Of a DNA stretch of 64,000 nt, positions 55,637-64,000 are shown one piece after another. This DNA is from a virus. The notes beneath the pieces are model-generated. The model saw only the letters and a program-made list of their open reading frames with translations, was not told the DNA's origin and made no database searches. The translations under genes were made by a program, and so were the position numbers. The stretch is from positions 9,139 to 73,138 of the IMG/VR virus record IMGVR_UViG_3300018432_000005; one strand, 5' to 3'. Each line of letters begins with the position of its first letter. Within the stretch, counting starts at the first letter, position 1.

Positions 55637-56139
55637 CGCCAGAGCAGGAACAGCAGTGGAACTACCTCGCCGGCAAGGTGTGGGGCGAGCTCGAGCAGCC
55701 GGTCGCGCGCGAGTGGCTGGCGTTCCTTGGCATCTACGACGGCGACGGCAGGGTCGATCGCCCGCTCTTCGAGATGCCGTTCGTTGCCGGCATCGACCGA
55801 GAGCAGGTGCGTCGCGCGTTCGAGGTCGCGCTGATGATGCTGGCCAACGGCGTGATCCCGGAAGGCATGCAGCCGACTCCCGTGAGCACATCAGAGAAGC
55901 GCCTCGCGCCCGTGCAGGGCGACCACCACATCGCCAAGGGCCAGCCGGGTCGCGAGCCCGGCACCATTACGTGGGCAGAACATCTCGACGCCTACGCGCC
56001 GTACGCCAAGCGTTACGGACGCGACCAGTCTGCAGAGCGCATCGCGGAGCGCGGAGGATTTGGGTACAGGGAGCTGACCGATCAGCTTGGGCACCCGCCG
56101 AAGACGTGGCGACCGATCAAGCGGGAGAGCGGGACATGA
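55633..56139 (+). CDS. Hypothetical protein
   Basis: C-terminal ITWAEH..AY..Y...YGRDQSAERIAERGGFG. Confidence 0.55.
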   Translation: MTPEQEQQWNYLAGKVWGELEQPVAREWLAFLGIYDGDGRVDRPLFEMPFVAGIDREQVRRAFEVALMMLANGVIPEGMQPTPVSTSEKRLAPVQGDHHIAKGQPGREPGTITWAEHLDAYAPYAKRYGRDQSAERIAERGGFGYRELTDQLGHPPKTWRPIKRESGT

Positions 56140-56657
56140 GCGAAGCGACAACCGATCTTCCATGGATTCGCGACACCGCGCACTGCCCGCTCTGTCGATG
56201 CGAGGCCACCGGGACACACGCACGGATCACGTGGTGGACGTGCCCTGACTGCAGCACGACGTATCGCTTTCGTGACGCGTCCGGCGCGTACCAGACGCGC
56301 ACGGATACCTCTCCGACGTCTGTTCAAGTCGACTCGTACGACAACCTGGGGCAGCCCATCGGAGTGCACGCCGAGATCGATGGCGTGTCGTGGCACCCGC
56401 CCGGTCCGCGCGTGGCATCTGCGCCCGCGTCGTGGACGGCCGTCGACGAGGCCCAGGTCGACCACCCGACGCACTACCAGGGCGCGCGGTTCGAGGTGAT
56501 CGACATCATCGAAGACTTCTGCCTCGGCTTCTGCCTGGGCAACACGATCAAGTACGTGCTGCGCGCGGGGCACAAGGGCGACGCGGTCACGGACCTCAAG
56601 AAAGCGCGATGGTACCTCGACAGGGAAATCGCGAAGCGTGAGGGCGGCGCATGTTGA
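56136..56657 (+). CDS. Zinc ribbon plus DUF3310 domain protein
   Basis: CPLC...CPDC; VDHPTHY...EVIDII...FCLGNTIKYVLRAGHK...DLKKARWYL. Confidence 0.8.
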   Translation: MSEATTDLPWIRDTAHCPLCRCEATGTHARITWWTCPDCSTTYRFRDASGAYQTRTDTSPTSVQVDSYDNLGQPIGVHAEIDGVSWHPPGPRVASAPASWTAVDEAQVDHPTHYQGARFEVIDIIEDFCLGFCLGNTIKYVLRAGHKGDAVTDLKKARWYLDREIAKREGGAC

Positions 56658-56968
56658 ACCGAGTTCACCGCTACGAGCTCTGCGTCGGCAAGACAACCGT
56701 CAGAATGCCCGCACGCGTGTCGGGTGCGCGCGCGCCGCTCCTGCACGTCGACATCAAAGCGGATCAAGAGGTGATCAGCCTCTGGGCGTTGCACGCGAAC
56801 GACGACGTGGGGCTGCACTCCCGCACCTTTCACGTTGTTGGCACGGGACACACGTTCGAGGGCAGGGGCCTCGCCCACGTCGGATCGTGTCTCGACGAAA
56901 GCAGACAGTACGTCTGGCACGTGTTCGAAGACCTCGACGCGATGCGTGACGGGGAGGGCGGCGCATGA
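56651..56968 (+). CDS. Conserved phage hypothetical protein
   Basis: LWAL...FHVVGTGH...HVGS...YVWHVFE. Confidence 0.6.
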   Translation: MLNRVHRYELCVGKTTVRMPARVSGARAPLLHVDIKADQEVISLWALHANDDVGLHSRTFHVVGTGHTFEGRGLAHVGSCLDESRQYVWHVFEDLDAMRDGEGGA

Positions 56969-57945
56969 AGATGGCCGGCGACGACGTCTCGCAGCGCTCG
57001 ACCATGGCTTCGGTCGCGGGCGAGCCGAAGAAGAAAAGGAAGAAGCGCGAGCCGCTTGCCATGTCGCCGACGGCGCACGACTGTTCCGTGCTCGCGGTCG
57101 ACCCGGCAGAGTTGTCGGGCTTCTCTGCGTGGGATCGCGGCAACCTCAAGTGGTACGGCGAGTGCGACGTCTTCGGGGACGAGCCCCAGCGCGTGATCGA
57201 GCGCTTCCTCTCCACGATGCCCGGCCCGCACGTCATCGTGATCGAGCGGCCGTTCATGATGCGTTTTGGCAATCAGAGCTCGCTCGCGACGGGCGCGAAG
57301 ATCTGGTCGAAGCGCGCAGAGCGCATGCGCTTCGGTAAGCGCATCGTGCGCGTCTACCCGTCGTCGTGGCGGTCGAAGATGCTGCGCAGGGGCATGGCGT
57401 CGGCAAAGCGCGCGGTCGTGCGCCCCGAAGAGAGGGCCGAGGCAAAGAAGATCGTCGAACTCCACTTCGGGCCCGAGATGGCGACCGTGCTGCCGGTCGC
57501 GGCCGAGTCTGCGCCCGCCATCCTGATCGGTCGCTGGGGCTCGTTCGCGGGCGAGGTGCTCGCGGTGCTGCCCAAGCCGCGCGTGCAGAAGGTCGTCGAC
57601 GCGACGTGCGTCAAGCTCGGGCGCTTTGCGATGCGCTCCAAGGCGACCAAGCGCATCGAGCGCGCGACGGATGGTGCGCAGCACGTGATTGGCACGTGGC
57701 TTGTCGTCGACGGCAAGGTCGCCAAGCGCGGCGACGTGCTCACGCAAGAACGGCTTGAGACGGCAGAGGTGCAACTCGGTTTCGACACGATGGAGCACGA
57801 GGGCGAGCACGAGGGGCAAAGCTGGTCGCGCACCGTCAGGTTCACGACGCGCGTGCCGTTCTCGGCATCGTCTGCGCAGATCGAAGCGGGGTGGAACGTC
57901 GTCGCCGCGCAGGTCGAGCTCGCACACAAGGGGCGTGCAGCATGA
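56965..57945 (+). CDS. RuvC-like Holliday junction resolvase with a C-terminal extension
   Basis: VLAVDP...SGFS, IVIERP, VYPSSWR. Confidence 0.6.
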   Translation: MKMAGDDVSQRSTMASVAGEPKKKRKKREPLAMSPTAHDCSVLAVDPAELSGFSAWDRGNLKWYGECDVFGDEPQRVIERFLSTMPGPHVIVIERPFMMRFGNQSSLATGAKIWSKRAERMRFGKRIVRVYPSSWRSKMLRRGMASAKRAVVRPEERAEAKKIVELHFGPEMATVLPVAAESAPAILIGRWGSFAGEVLAVLPKPRVQKVVDATCVKLGRFAMRSKATKRIERATDGAQHVIGTWLVVDGKVAKRGDVLTQERLETAEVQLGFDTMEHEGEHEGQSWSRTVRFTTRVPFSASSAQIEAGWNVVAAQVELAHKGRAA

Positions 57946-58106
57946 CCGACGCCCATCAGATGCGAGGGCGTGCGCAGCGAGCGCGCGAGCGACTCGAAGA
58001 CGAGATCACGAGGTCGAGCGCGACCGTGCAGCAAAAGGCGTTCTTGCGTCAGCGTCTGGCGCAACTGTGGGCCGTGCTCCGAGCGATGGGGGTCGTCGAT
58101 GGCTGA
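57942..58106 (+). CDS. Hypothetical protein
   Basis: Coupled ORF. Confidence 0.4.
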   Translation: MTDAHQMRGRAQRARERLEDEITRSSATVQQKAFLRQRLAQLWAVLRAMGVVDG

Positions 58107-58323
58107 TCAGCAGAAGCAGCACCGTGTCGTGGTCGAGATTGGGCGCGAGACGATCTCGCGTCACAGACAGGAACTCGTGCCGCTCGACGAGATAAGCGGC
58201 GCGCTCGCGGCCCACATCCGCCACCTGGACGAGCTCGGGGACGAGAAGAGCGTCGAGGCGCTCGCCCACATCCGTGACCAATTGAGCGTCTTTCGCGCTG
58301 GTGGCGGGGGCAACATCCGATGA
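58099..58323 (+). CDS. Hypothetical protein
   Basis: Coupled ORF. Confidence 0.45.
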   Translation: MADQQKQHRVVVEIGRETISRHRQELVPLDEISGALAAHIRHLDELGDEKSVEALAHIRDQLSVFRAGGGGNIR

Positions 58324-59213
58324 CCCGCGGCCGCGCGCGCATCCATCTCGACGCCTCGACGCCGGGGCAGCCGCGCCGCGCCATGTGCGGATGGATCGAG
58401 GTCGACACCGAGACGGACGCCTCGAAGGTCACGTGCAAGTCGTGCTTGTCGCGTATCGCGTCCAAGCGTGCGCTGCCGAAGACCGACCGCGTGCGGGGCG
58501 CGGCCGCGCTCTCGGCCGAGGATGTGCAGCGGCAACTCGCCGAAGCGTTCCGGGCCACGCTGGCGCCGACGGCGAGCGCGCCGCCCCGTATCACCGTCCA
58601 GTCGTGGGCGGCGAGCTGTAAGGGGGGCGAGCACCGCCGATGCGGCGAGTGCGAGATCTGCGAGTGGGAGCGCGAGGCGCAACTCTGGGCGGCCGTCTCG
58701 CCTTGGAACCGGCAGCACACGCTCGAGCGGCCCGAAGGTGCGCCGCGCTGGTCGTCGCTGTCAGCCGCGCTGGTCGCGCTGGCGGAGTTCGAGCGGCACG
58801 ACCGCCACGGCCCGAGCGCTCTCGGCGGCATCCTCGACCGGGTCAAGCGCGGCGCGATGGGCGACGGCGGCTCTGCGCGTCCCGACGACCCGCTGCTGCG
58901 ACGTGCGGGCGAGCTCGTGCGCATCCGGCAGTCGATCGAGCAAGCCTATCCCGAAGGCCGGCACGTGCTGCCCGCGGCCAAGTGTCGCGCGCTGCTGATG
59001 CTGCGCACGCCGGGCGTCGTCGCCGAGATGCCCACCTACGAGGCGCTGTCGGCGCTGTTCGACGTGCCGGCCGGCGAGCTGCAGGCGCTCGTCAAGGCCG
59101 GCCGCAGGCAGGTGGCAGACGACCTCAGCGCGCGCGGGCTGATCCCGCTCGAGCGGGGCGGGCAGCATCGGCCGTTCGCGCCCTCGACCCACTACACGGA
59201 GGCGGCCCAGTGA
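58320..59213 (+). CDS. Zn-finger plus C-terminal HTH protein; candidate late transcription regulator
   Basis: VTCKSC, CGECEIC; PTYEALSALFDVPAGELQALVKAGR resembles sigma region 4. Confidence 0.45.
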   Translation: MTRGRARIHLDASTPGQPRRAMCGWIEVDTETDASKVTCKSCLSRIASKRALPKTDRVRGAAALSAEDVQRQLAEAFRATLAPTASAPPRITVQSWAASCKGGEHRRCGECEICEWEREAQLWAAVSPWNRQHTLERPEGAPRWSSLSAALVALAEFERHDRHGPSALGGILDRVKRGAMGDGGSARPDDPLLRRAGELVRIRQSIEQAYPEGRHVLPAAKCRALLMLRTPGVVAEMPTYEALSALFDVPAGELQALVKAGRRQVADDLSARGLIPLERGGQHRPFAPSTHYTEAAQ

Positions 59214-59446
59214 GCTTCGCGGAAGAGAAGCAGCGCGTGCTGCACGTGACGGTGCGGTTTCACATCGAGCCGCAGACCGACGCCGCGTTCGAGGCCATCG
59301 CATGCCCCGACCAGTGGGTGCGCGCCGGGCTGCAGGCGGCCGGCGTCGAGGGCGTGCTCTGGACGGACCCGAAGATGGTCGTGCTCGAGACGACGCGAGG
59401 AAAGCTGCTCGACAAGCTCGTCGCAGCGCGAAAGGCGGAACGATGA
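59210..59446 (+). CDS. Hypothetical protein
   Basis: Coupled ORF. Confidence 0.4.
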   Translation: MSFAEEKQRVLHVTVRFHIEPQTDAAFEAIACPDQWVRAGLQAAGVEGVLWTDPKMVVLETTRGKLLDKLVAARKAER

Positions 59447-59682
59447 GAGACCCCAACGATCGAGAGCAGTACGCCGTCGTCGACCGCTCGATGGATCGAG
59501 CCAACATGCACCTGATGCGTGTCGTCGCGGGCATGGGCGCGCTGGCGATGATCGAGTGCCTGCCCGCGCCCCGACGCTTCGAGGTGCGAGGCGGCTTCAT
59601 GGGTCACCCCAAGCGCAAGGCCAACGAGAAGAAGAAGCGCGAGCGTAAGGCGCAGAGAAAAGCGCGGAGGGCGTCGCGATGA
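59443..59682 (+). CDS. Basic hypothetical protein
   Basis: KKKRERKAQRKARRASR tail. Confidence 0.45.
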   Translation: MRDPNDREQYAVVDRSMDRANMHLMRVVAGMGALAMIECLPAPRRFEVRGGFMGHPKRKANEKKKRERKAQRKARRASR

Positions 59683-60020
59683 CGGCCGCCGTCAACGTGT
59701 GCGAGCACGGGGATCACCCGGCGCCGGACGGCAAGCGGTTCTGCTCGCAGGCCTGCGCAGACTGCGAGCTCGCCGACTGTGATGCCGAGACGAACTGCGC
59801 GGGGCTCTGCGCCTACTCCATCGCCGTCACCATCGACCCGCCGCGATTGCGCGCCTTGTGCCTGCGTGCGCACGACGCTCGAGATAACAGCGAGGCGTTC
59901 GCGCTCGCTCGAGCTGACCTGACCGCGGCTCTCTCGCCAGTGCAGATCCTTGCGCTGGTCGAGCGTTGGGAAGACGTCGAGGCGCTGTTCGACAGCACGA
60001 GGCGGATCTTTGGCGGCTGA
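59679..60020 (+). CDS. Cys-rich hypothetical protein
   Basis: CEH...FCSQACADCE...CAGLC. Confidence 0.5.
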   Translation: MTAAVNVCEHGDHPAPDGKRFCSQACADCELADCDAETNCAGLCAYSIAVTIDPPRLRALCLRAHDARDNSEAFALARADLTAALSPVQILALVERWEDVEALFDSTRRIFGG

Positions 60021-60042
60021 TCAAGACGACGAGGGCGCGACC

Positions 60043-60261
60043 ATGCTGACCACGACTGATGTCGCTGGCCGTCTCGGCTATAGCGAAGACACCGTGCGCC
60101 GCATGTGCGAGCTCGGGCGGTTCGATGGCGACGGCGATCGGGTGCCAGGCGCGTTCCGACCGAGCGTCGGATCGCACTGGCGGATCCCAGTCGCGGCCGT
60201 CGATCACTTTCTCGCCGCGTCGCGGCCGAAAGTCGTGCGCCGCGCGCCGCGCGCGAGGTAG
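60043..60261 (+). CDS. Excisionase-like HTH (HTH_17) protein
   Basis: LTTTDVAGRLGYSEDTVRRMC...GSHWRIP. Confidence 0.75.
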   Translation: MLTTTDVAGRLGYSEDTVRRMCELGRFDGDGDRVPGAFRPSVGSHWRIPVAAVDHFLAASRPKVVRRAPRAR

Positions 60262-60263
60262 AG

Positions 60264-60303
60264 CGTCTGGATGCCGAAACGTTCAGGCGTCCGAAAGTTC
60301 AAA
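60264..60303. repeat. Phased 8-bp repeat array G (5 units)
   Basis: cgtctgga tgccgaaa cgttcagg cgtccgaa agttcaaa. Confidence 0.55.
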
Positions 60304-60582
60304 CTGCCGCTCGTTGGCGAGCCCCAGGCGTTGCCCGTCACGCTGCAGACGTGCGAGCGGCTGTCAGCGCGGCTGACGACCAGCGCGTGCGCTGACCGGT
60401 ACGACAAGGGCAACACGTCGGGATACTTCCCCGCCATCGCCGCGCAGTTCGTGTCGTGCCGCGATTGTCCGATCGGTCGCCGCAACTCGCGCCTGATGGG
60501 CCGACCGAAGGCAGAGCGTCAGGTCGCAGCGGAAGCGGTCGCCGAAAACCCGCAAAGCCTGCAGACCCTGCAAAGCCTGTAA
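60271..60582 (+). CDS. Cys-containing hypothetical protein
   Basis: CERL...C...CRDCPIG. Confidence 0.45.
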   Translation: MPKRSGVRKFKLPLVGEPQALPVTLQTCERLSARLTTSACADRYDKGNTSGYFPAIAAQFVSCRDCPIGRRNSRLMGRPKAERQVAAEAVAENPQSLQTLQSL

Positions 60583-60764
60583 ATACCGACCGGGACACTA
60601 GAACGCCTCACTTGCGCGCGGGTCGAAAGTCGACGAACTTGGCCAAGCTGGCGAGCGCTGCCCCACACGCATACGCCGACGCGGGATCTCCGGGGGGGGA
60701 CGCCAGTCGTCACAAGGCGCGCGAGGGGGCAGCGTCTTCGCCATTCACCTGGAAGGCGAAGCTG

Positions 60765-61487
60765 ATGTCGAGCTCGACTCTGTCTGTCGACATGAAGGAC
60801 ATGATCCTTCTTCGGTCGAAGCTAGGCGAGCTGTCGAAGAAGGCCGTCCCCTTCGCCGTCCGCAACGGCCTGAACACCGTCGCCTTCACGGCACGCAAAG
60901 AGTGGGTCGGCCGGATGCCGCGCGCGCTGCAGCTCCGAAACAAGTTCACGGTCAACAGCGTGCGTGTCGAGAAGGCCACCGGCTACGACATCGACTCGAT
61001 GCAGTCGGTCGTCGGATCGGTCGCCCCCTACATGCTGGCGCAGGAGCAAGGGGCGACGAAGACAGCCCACGGCAAGCACGGCGTGCCTATCCCGACGACC
61101 TCTGCTGCAGGGCAGGCAATGAGCGCCCCCAAGCGCACCAAAGAGGTACGTAAGAAGAACTGGCAAAGCGCGCTCAGCCTTGCCCCTCGCATCTCCTACG
61201 GGGTGCGTCAGTACCGCAACGCCGTAGCCATCGCGAACGCTGCGAAGACAGGGGGGGTCGTCTTCCTGGACCTAGGCAGGCGTAAGGGAATCTTTCGCAT
61301 CACAGGTACCCCCAAGGGGCAGATGCGGTTTCGCATGCTGTGGGCCATGTCGAAGCGTTCCGTGCGCATCAAGCCCACACCAACGCTCGAGCCTACTGTC
61401 GAGGCGATGTCCTATCAGGGGCCTCGCATCTTCGAGCTCGAGCTGCAGAAGCAGGTCGAACGCACGCTCGCGAGGCTGCGCAAGTAG
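60765..61487 (+). CDS. Basic phage protein (gpZ / neck-like) upstream of cos/terS
   Basis: AVPFAVRNGLNTVAF...YMLAQEQG...IPT. Confidence 0.55.
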   Translation: MSSSTLSVDMKDMILLRSKLGELSKKAVPFAVRNGLNTVAFTARKEWVGRMPRALQLRNKFTVNSVRVEKATGYDIDSMQSVVGSVAPYMLAQEQGATKTAHGKHGVPIPTTSAAGQAMSAPKRTKEVRKKNWQSALSLAPRISYGVRQYRNAVAIANAAKTGGVVFLDLGRRKGIFRITGTPKGQMRFRMLWAMSKRSVRIKPTPTLEPTVEAMSYQGPRIFELELQKQVERTLARLRK

Positions 61488-61588
61488 GGAAGGGTCGGCG
61501 CTCAATGCGACATGCATAAGAACACATCGCATTGCCTGTGTGCCAGGTGGGACACGTGCGCATGGCACGCACCGTGCACACATTTCGC

Positions 61589-61660
61589 GGGTCCTGTGGG
61601 CGGGGTGCCACCCTAGGCGCCGTTTAGATTCGCGACGGCCGGTCCCGCGCAAATTTCGAA
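61589..61660 (+). other. Putative lambda-type cos site (cosQ GGGTCCT followed by the cosN region)
   Basis: GGGTCCT at 61589-61595 in the non-coding gap ahead of terS; the terminase is GpA-type. Confidence 0.5.
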
Positions 61661-61710
61661 GTTTACCGGGGGTATACCGACACAACCGGTCCGGTGTACC
61701 CTTTTGTAAA

Positions 61711-62508
61711 GTGTCCAGATTTGTCGCAAAAATCGAGATCGCACGCATCGCAGGGGTCACGAAGGCCGCTATCACGAAAGCTTCGGCACAGTCCTTTCCC
61801 GGGGCTGTTCGAGGCAATCAGGTCGACCTTGATCATCCCGAGACGGCTGCTTACCTGCTTCGACGGGGGATTGACCCGACGAAGGTCGGCCCGAGCGCCC
61901 AGGACACGGGGCCGCCACCGACCGACCTCCGCCCTGTTCCGAGCTCGCCGCCCGCGCCGCCATCCAACGGCAGGCGCGCGGCCGCGAAGTTGGATGCCAA
62001 GCCGGCGCAGACCGCACAGCCTCCTGCTCGCCGCGCGTCGACGCCGCCGCAGCAACCGCCCGTCGTGCCGCGCGAAGACGACGACGAGGGCCGGAACAGC
62101 GTCCTGTACGCGACCGAGGATGACATTTCCCGGTTCGAAGACTGGACGCTGCGCCGACTGCGCATGAAGTTCGGCACCTCGTTCGCGTTCAAGGCGTGGC
62201 TAGGTGCCTGCAAGGCGATGGTCGAGATCAAAGAGAAGGAGCTCGGCTTTGCGAAGCAGACGGGCGCGCTGATCAGTCGCGAGCTCGTCAAGACGCAGGT
62301 CTTCGCGCACATCGCGCTTGCCTATCAGCAACTGCTTCGAGACACCGCGCCGACGCTCGCTCGACGGATCTACGCGATGGCGCGCAGCGGTGCGCCGATC
62401 GAGGATGCCGAGGCGCTCGCCCGTGAACTGATGGGCGCGACGCTCGCCACGCTCAAAGAGCAGGCCTCGCGCGCGCTGCGCGACCGCAAGAACGACGAGG
62501 CAGCGTGA
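61711..62508 (+). CDS. Terminase small subunit (Nu1-like)
   Basis: N-terminal HTH (EIARIAGVTKAAITKA), Pro-rich linker, coiled coil with GALISRELV; position in module. Confidence 0.7.
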   Translation: MSRFVAKIEIARIAGVTKAAITKASAQSFPGAVRGNQVDLDHPETAAYLLRRGIDPTKVGPSAQDTGPPPTDLRPVPSSPPAPPSNGRRAAAKLDAKPAQTAQPPARRASTPPQQPPVVPREDDDEGRNSVLYATEDDISRFEDWTLRRLRMKFGTSFAFKAWLGACKAMVEIKEKELGFAKQTGALISRELVKTQVFAHIALAYQQLLRDTAPTLARRIYAMARSGAPIEDAEALARELMGATLATLKEQASRALRDRKNDEAA

Positions 62509-62801
62509 TTCGCGTCTCGTTCGACCCCAACGCACCGCCAGTAGTCGGCCACCTGCCCGACTACTGGGACCAACGGCGCGAGCGGCAGGGCAAGCCCGAC
62601 GCCTCGACGTGCGCGGCAGACCTGCGCGAGGCGCTCGAGTTCACGGCCCGCCAGCTGCGCCGCCAAGCGCACGCACTGCAGCACAACAACGCGGGCGACT
62701 GGTACAAGCTCGGGCAGGCAAAGGGCCTCTTGGACGCGGCCGACCTGCTCGCCGGCAATGTCGAGCTCGTCGACGTCGGTCTGCCACGCGAGGGAACATG
62801 A
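62505..62801 (+). CDS. Hypothetical protein
   Basis: GTGA-coupled to terS. Confidence 0.45.
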   Translation: MIRVSFDPNAPPVVGHLPDYWDQRRERQGKPDASTCAADLREALEFTARQLRRQAHALQHNNAGDWYKLGQAKGLLDAADLLAGNVELVDVGLPREGT

Positions 62802-62914
62802 GCGAGCCCGGCAAAGCGCTTCGCTGCTGACCCCTCTCGCTTCTGAAAAATATTCCGCGTCGATACGCTTGAAAAACAGGCGTTGTGTCACGCGTGAGGC
62901 GAAAAAATATTCCT

Positions 62915-62987
62915 AGCAGCGTGGGGGACCGGTACCCCGTCGGGCTCATAACCCGAAGAAGTGCGTTCAACTCGCGCCGCTGCTCCA
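62915..62987 (+). tRNA. tRNA-Met (CAT), initiator-like
   Basis: Acceptor stem AGCAGCG/CGCTGCT, D stem GGGG/CCCC, anticodon arm TCGGG-CTCATAA-CCCGA, T arm GTGCG-TTCAACT-CGCGC, followed by CCA. Confidence 0.85.
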
Positions 62988-62992
62988 TGTAC

Positions 62993-63142
62993 GGTCGACG
63001 TCGTCTTTCGCCTGCCGCCCTGGGCTTGAGAGACGGCGTCGACCTTACTTGCTTCGGCCAGCACGCGAGCCGCGACCCCGGGTCGTCCTGCCTGTACGCG
63101 AGGACGGCGCCGGCAGAGTGGTTCGCGTGCTGGCCGAAGCGA
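62993..63142 (+). ncRNA. Two long rod-like hairpins downstream of the tRNA
   Basis: 17-bp stem (62993-63009/63028-63044) and 25-bp stem (63049-63073/63118-63142); all five mismatches are G-U wobbles on the + strand. Confidence 0.5.
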
Positions 63143-63167
63143 CCGCGCGAGAAAGGGTCCCCGCTCC

Positions 63168-63371
63168 ATGCTCGACGACGACGATGCGAACACGCTGGGG
63201 CTTCTGGCGCTGCTGCTTGAAGGCCCTTGGGGCTTGATCCTGCTGCTCGCGTTCATCGTCGTGTCGATTGCGGTCTGCGGGAACAAGAAAGAATGCGCCA
63301 CCAAGCACTGCGATCGCGGCGTGCCTGTCCTGACGAACAACGAGTGCCTCTGCTTGGAGAAGGCGAAGTGA
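63168..63371 (+). CDS. Small TM protein with a Cys-rich tail
   Basis: TM segment then C...C...C...CLC. Confidence 0.5.
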   Translation: MLDDDDANTLGLLALLLEGPWGLILLLAFIVVSIAVCGNKKECATKHCDRGVPVLTNNECLCLEKAK

Positions 63372-63523
63372 CGGCAGCGCTCGAGCTTCGCTTCGCGTGG
63401 CTGCTCTTCTTCTGGGCCCTCGTCGCCATCTGCGGCGACTATCACGCGCTGACGACAGACGCCGTGCGCGTGCTGCGCATCGTGCTCGCAACGCTGATGC
63501 TCGTCGCCATCGTCTGGCGCTGA
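63368..63523 (+). CDS. Small two-TM protein
   Basis: GTGA-coupled; hydrophobic. Confidence 0.45.
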   Translation: MTAALELRFAWLLFFWALVAICGDYHALTTDAVRVLRIVLATLMLVAIVWR

Positions 63524-63529
63524 CCCCAT

Positions 63530-64000
63530 ATGCACGAGCTCGTCGCGACGGTCGAACAGTACGACTGGCTCGCCGATCAGTTCGACGCGCTGCCGCAGGA
63601 GCACGTCGTCATCCGCCCGTCTGTGTGGGCCGAGTCCAAGCGCTACCTGCCGCCTGCGACGACGCAACTCCCTGGCCCCTACCGCTTCGACGTCGCGCCG
63701 TACCTGCGCGAGATCCTCGACTGCATGTCGATCGACTCGCCGGTGCGCGAAGTCATCGTGAAGAAGGGCGTCCAGATCGGCGCGACCGTGGGCGTGCTCG
63801 AGAACGCTCTCGGCTATTTCATCGAGCACGTGCGCAGCGCGCCGTGCATGCTGATCACCGCCGATGCCGAGCTCGCGAAGCTCCGTATCGACAGCTACGT
63901 GACGCCGATGCTGCAGTGGTCGAAGCTGCAGCACCTGATCCAGTCGAGCGACGACACCAACACGCGGCGCACGGGCAAGACCGACAAGAAAATCGAATGG
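63530..64000 (+). CDS. Terminase large subunit, lambda GpA family (3' truncated)
   Basis: PSVWAE..RYLP...PGPY....PYLREILD...VIVKKGVQIGAT...P.ML. Confidence 0.9.
   Translation, partial: MHELVATVEQYDWLADQFDALPQEHVVIRPSVWAESKRYLPPATTQLPGPYRFDVAPYLREILDCMSIDSPVREVIVKKGVQIGATVGVLENALGYFIEHVRSAPCMLITADAELAKLRIDSYVTPMLQWSKLQHLIQSSDDTNTRRTGKTDKKIEW

Overview
Most of a GC-rich tailed-phage genome; only the portal/capsid/neck block appears to lie outside the window. A DAG-repeat lipoprotein suggests a Myxococcota-like host. Gene order: Mu-like contractile tail and baseplate module with a -1 frameshifted tail chaperone (1-18.8 kb), lysis-like cassette (18.8-21.3 kb), Rep/RHH-like module (22.3-24.6 kb), a long accessory region with ParA plus an RHH partner, recombination and replication genes (split RecD2, SSB-like protein, Cas4/AddB-like nuclease, methylase, DUF3854-VirE primase-helicase with an internal ori, RuvC-like), and a lambda-type packaging region (cosQ, terS, tRNA-Met, terL). 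I recognised no integrase, transposase, protelomerase or cI-type repressor, so a plasmid-prophage lifestyle is plausible. Two non-coding systems stand out. (1) At 37.2-40.1 kb, eight near-identical sigma70 promoter/palindromic operator units (ATAAACGCTTGC-N5-GCMAGCG...) each head a small-gene cassette, and one heads a tandem-RHH protein; this looks like an autoregulated early/anti-defence cassette regulon. (2) Seven dispersed arrays of phased 8-bp repeats (CGTYYGRR-like) include one over the parA leader and one inside the RHH partner gene, consistent with a distributed centromere/operator network. All protein assignments come from motifs recognised by eye; no searches were run.
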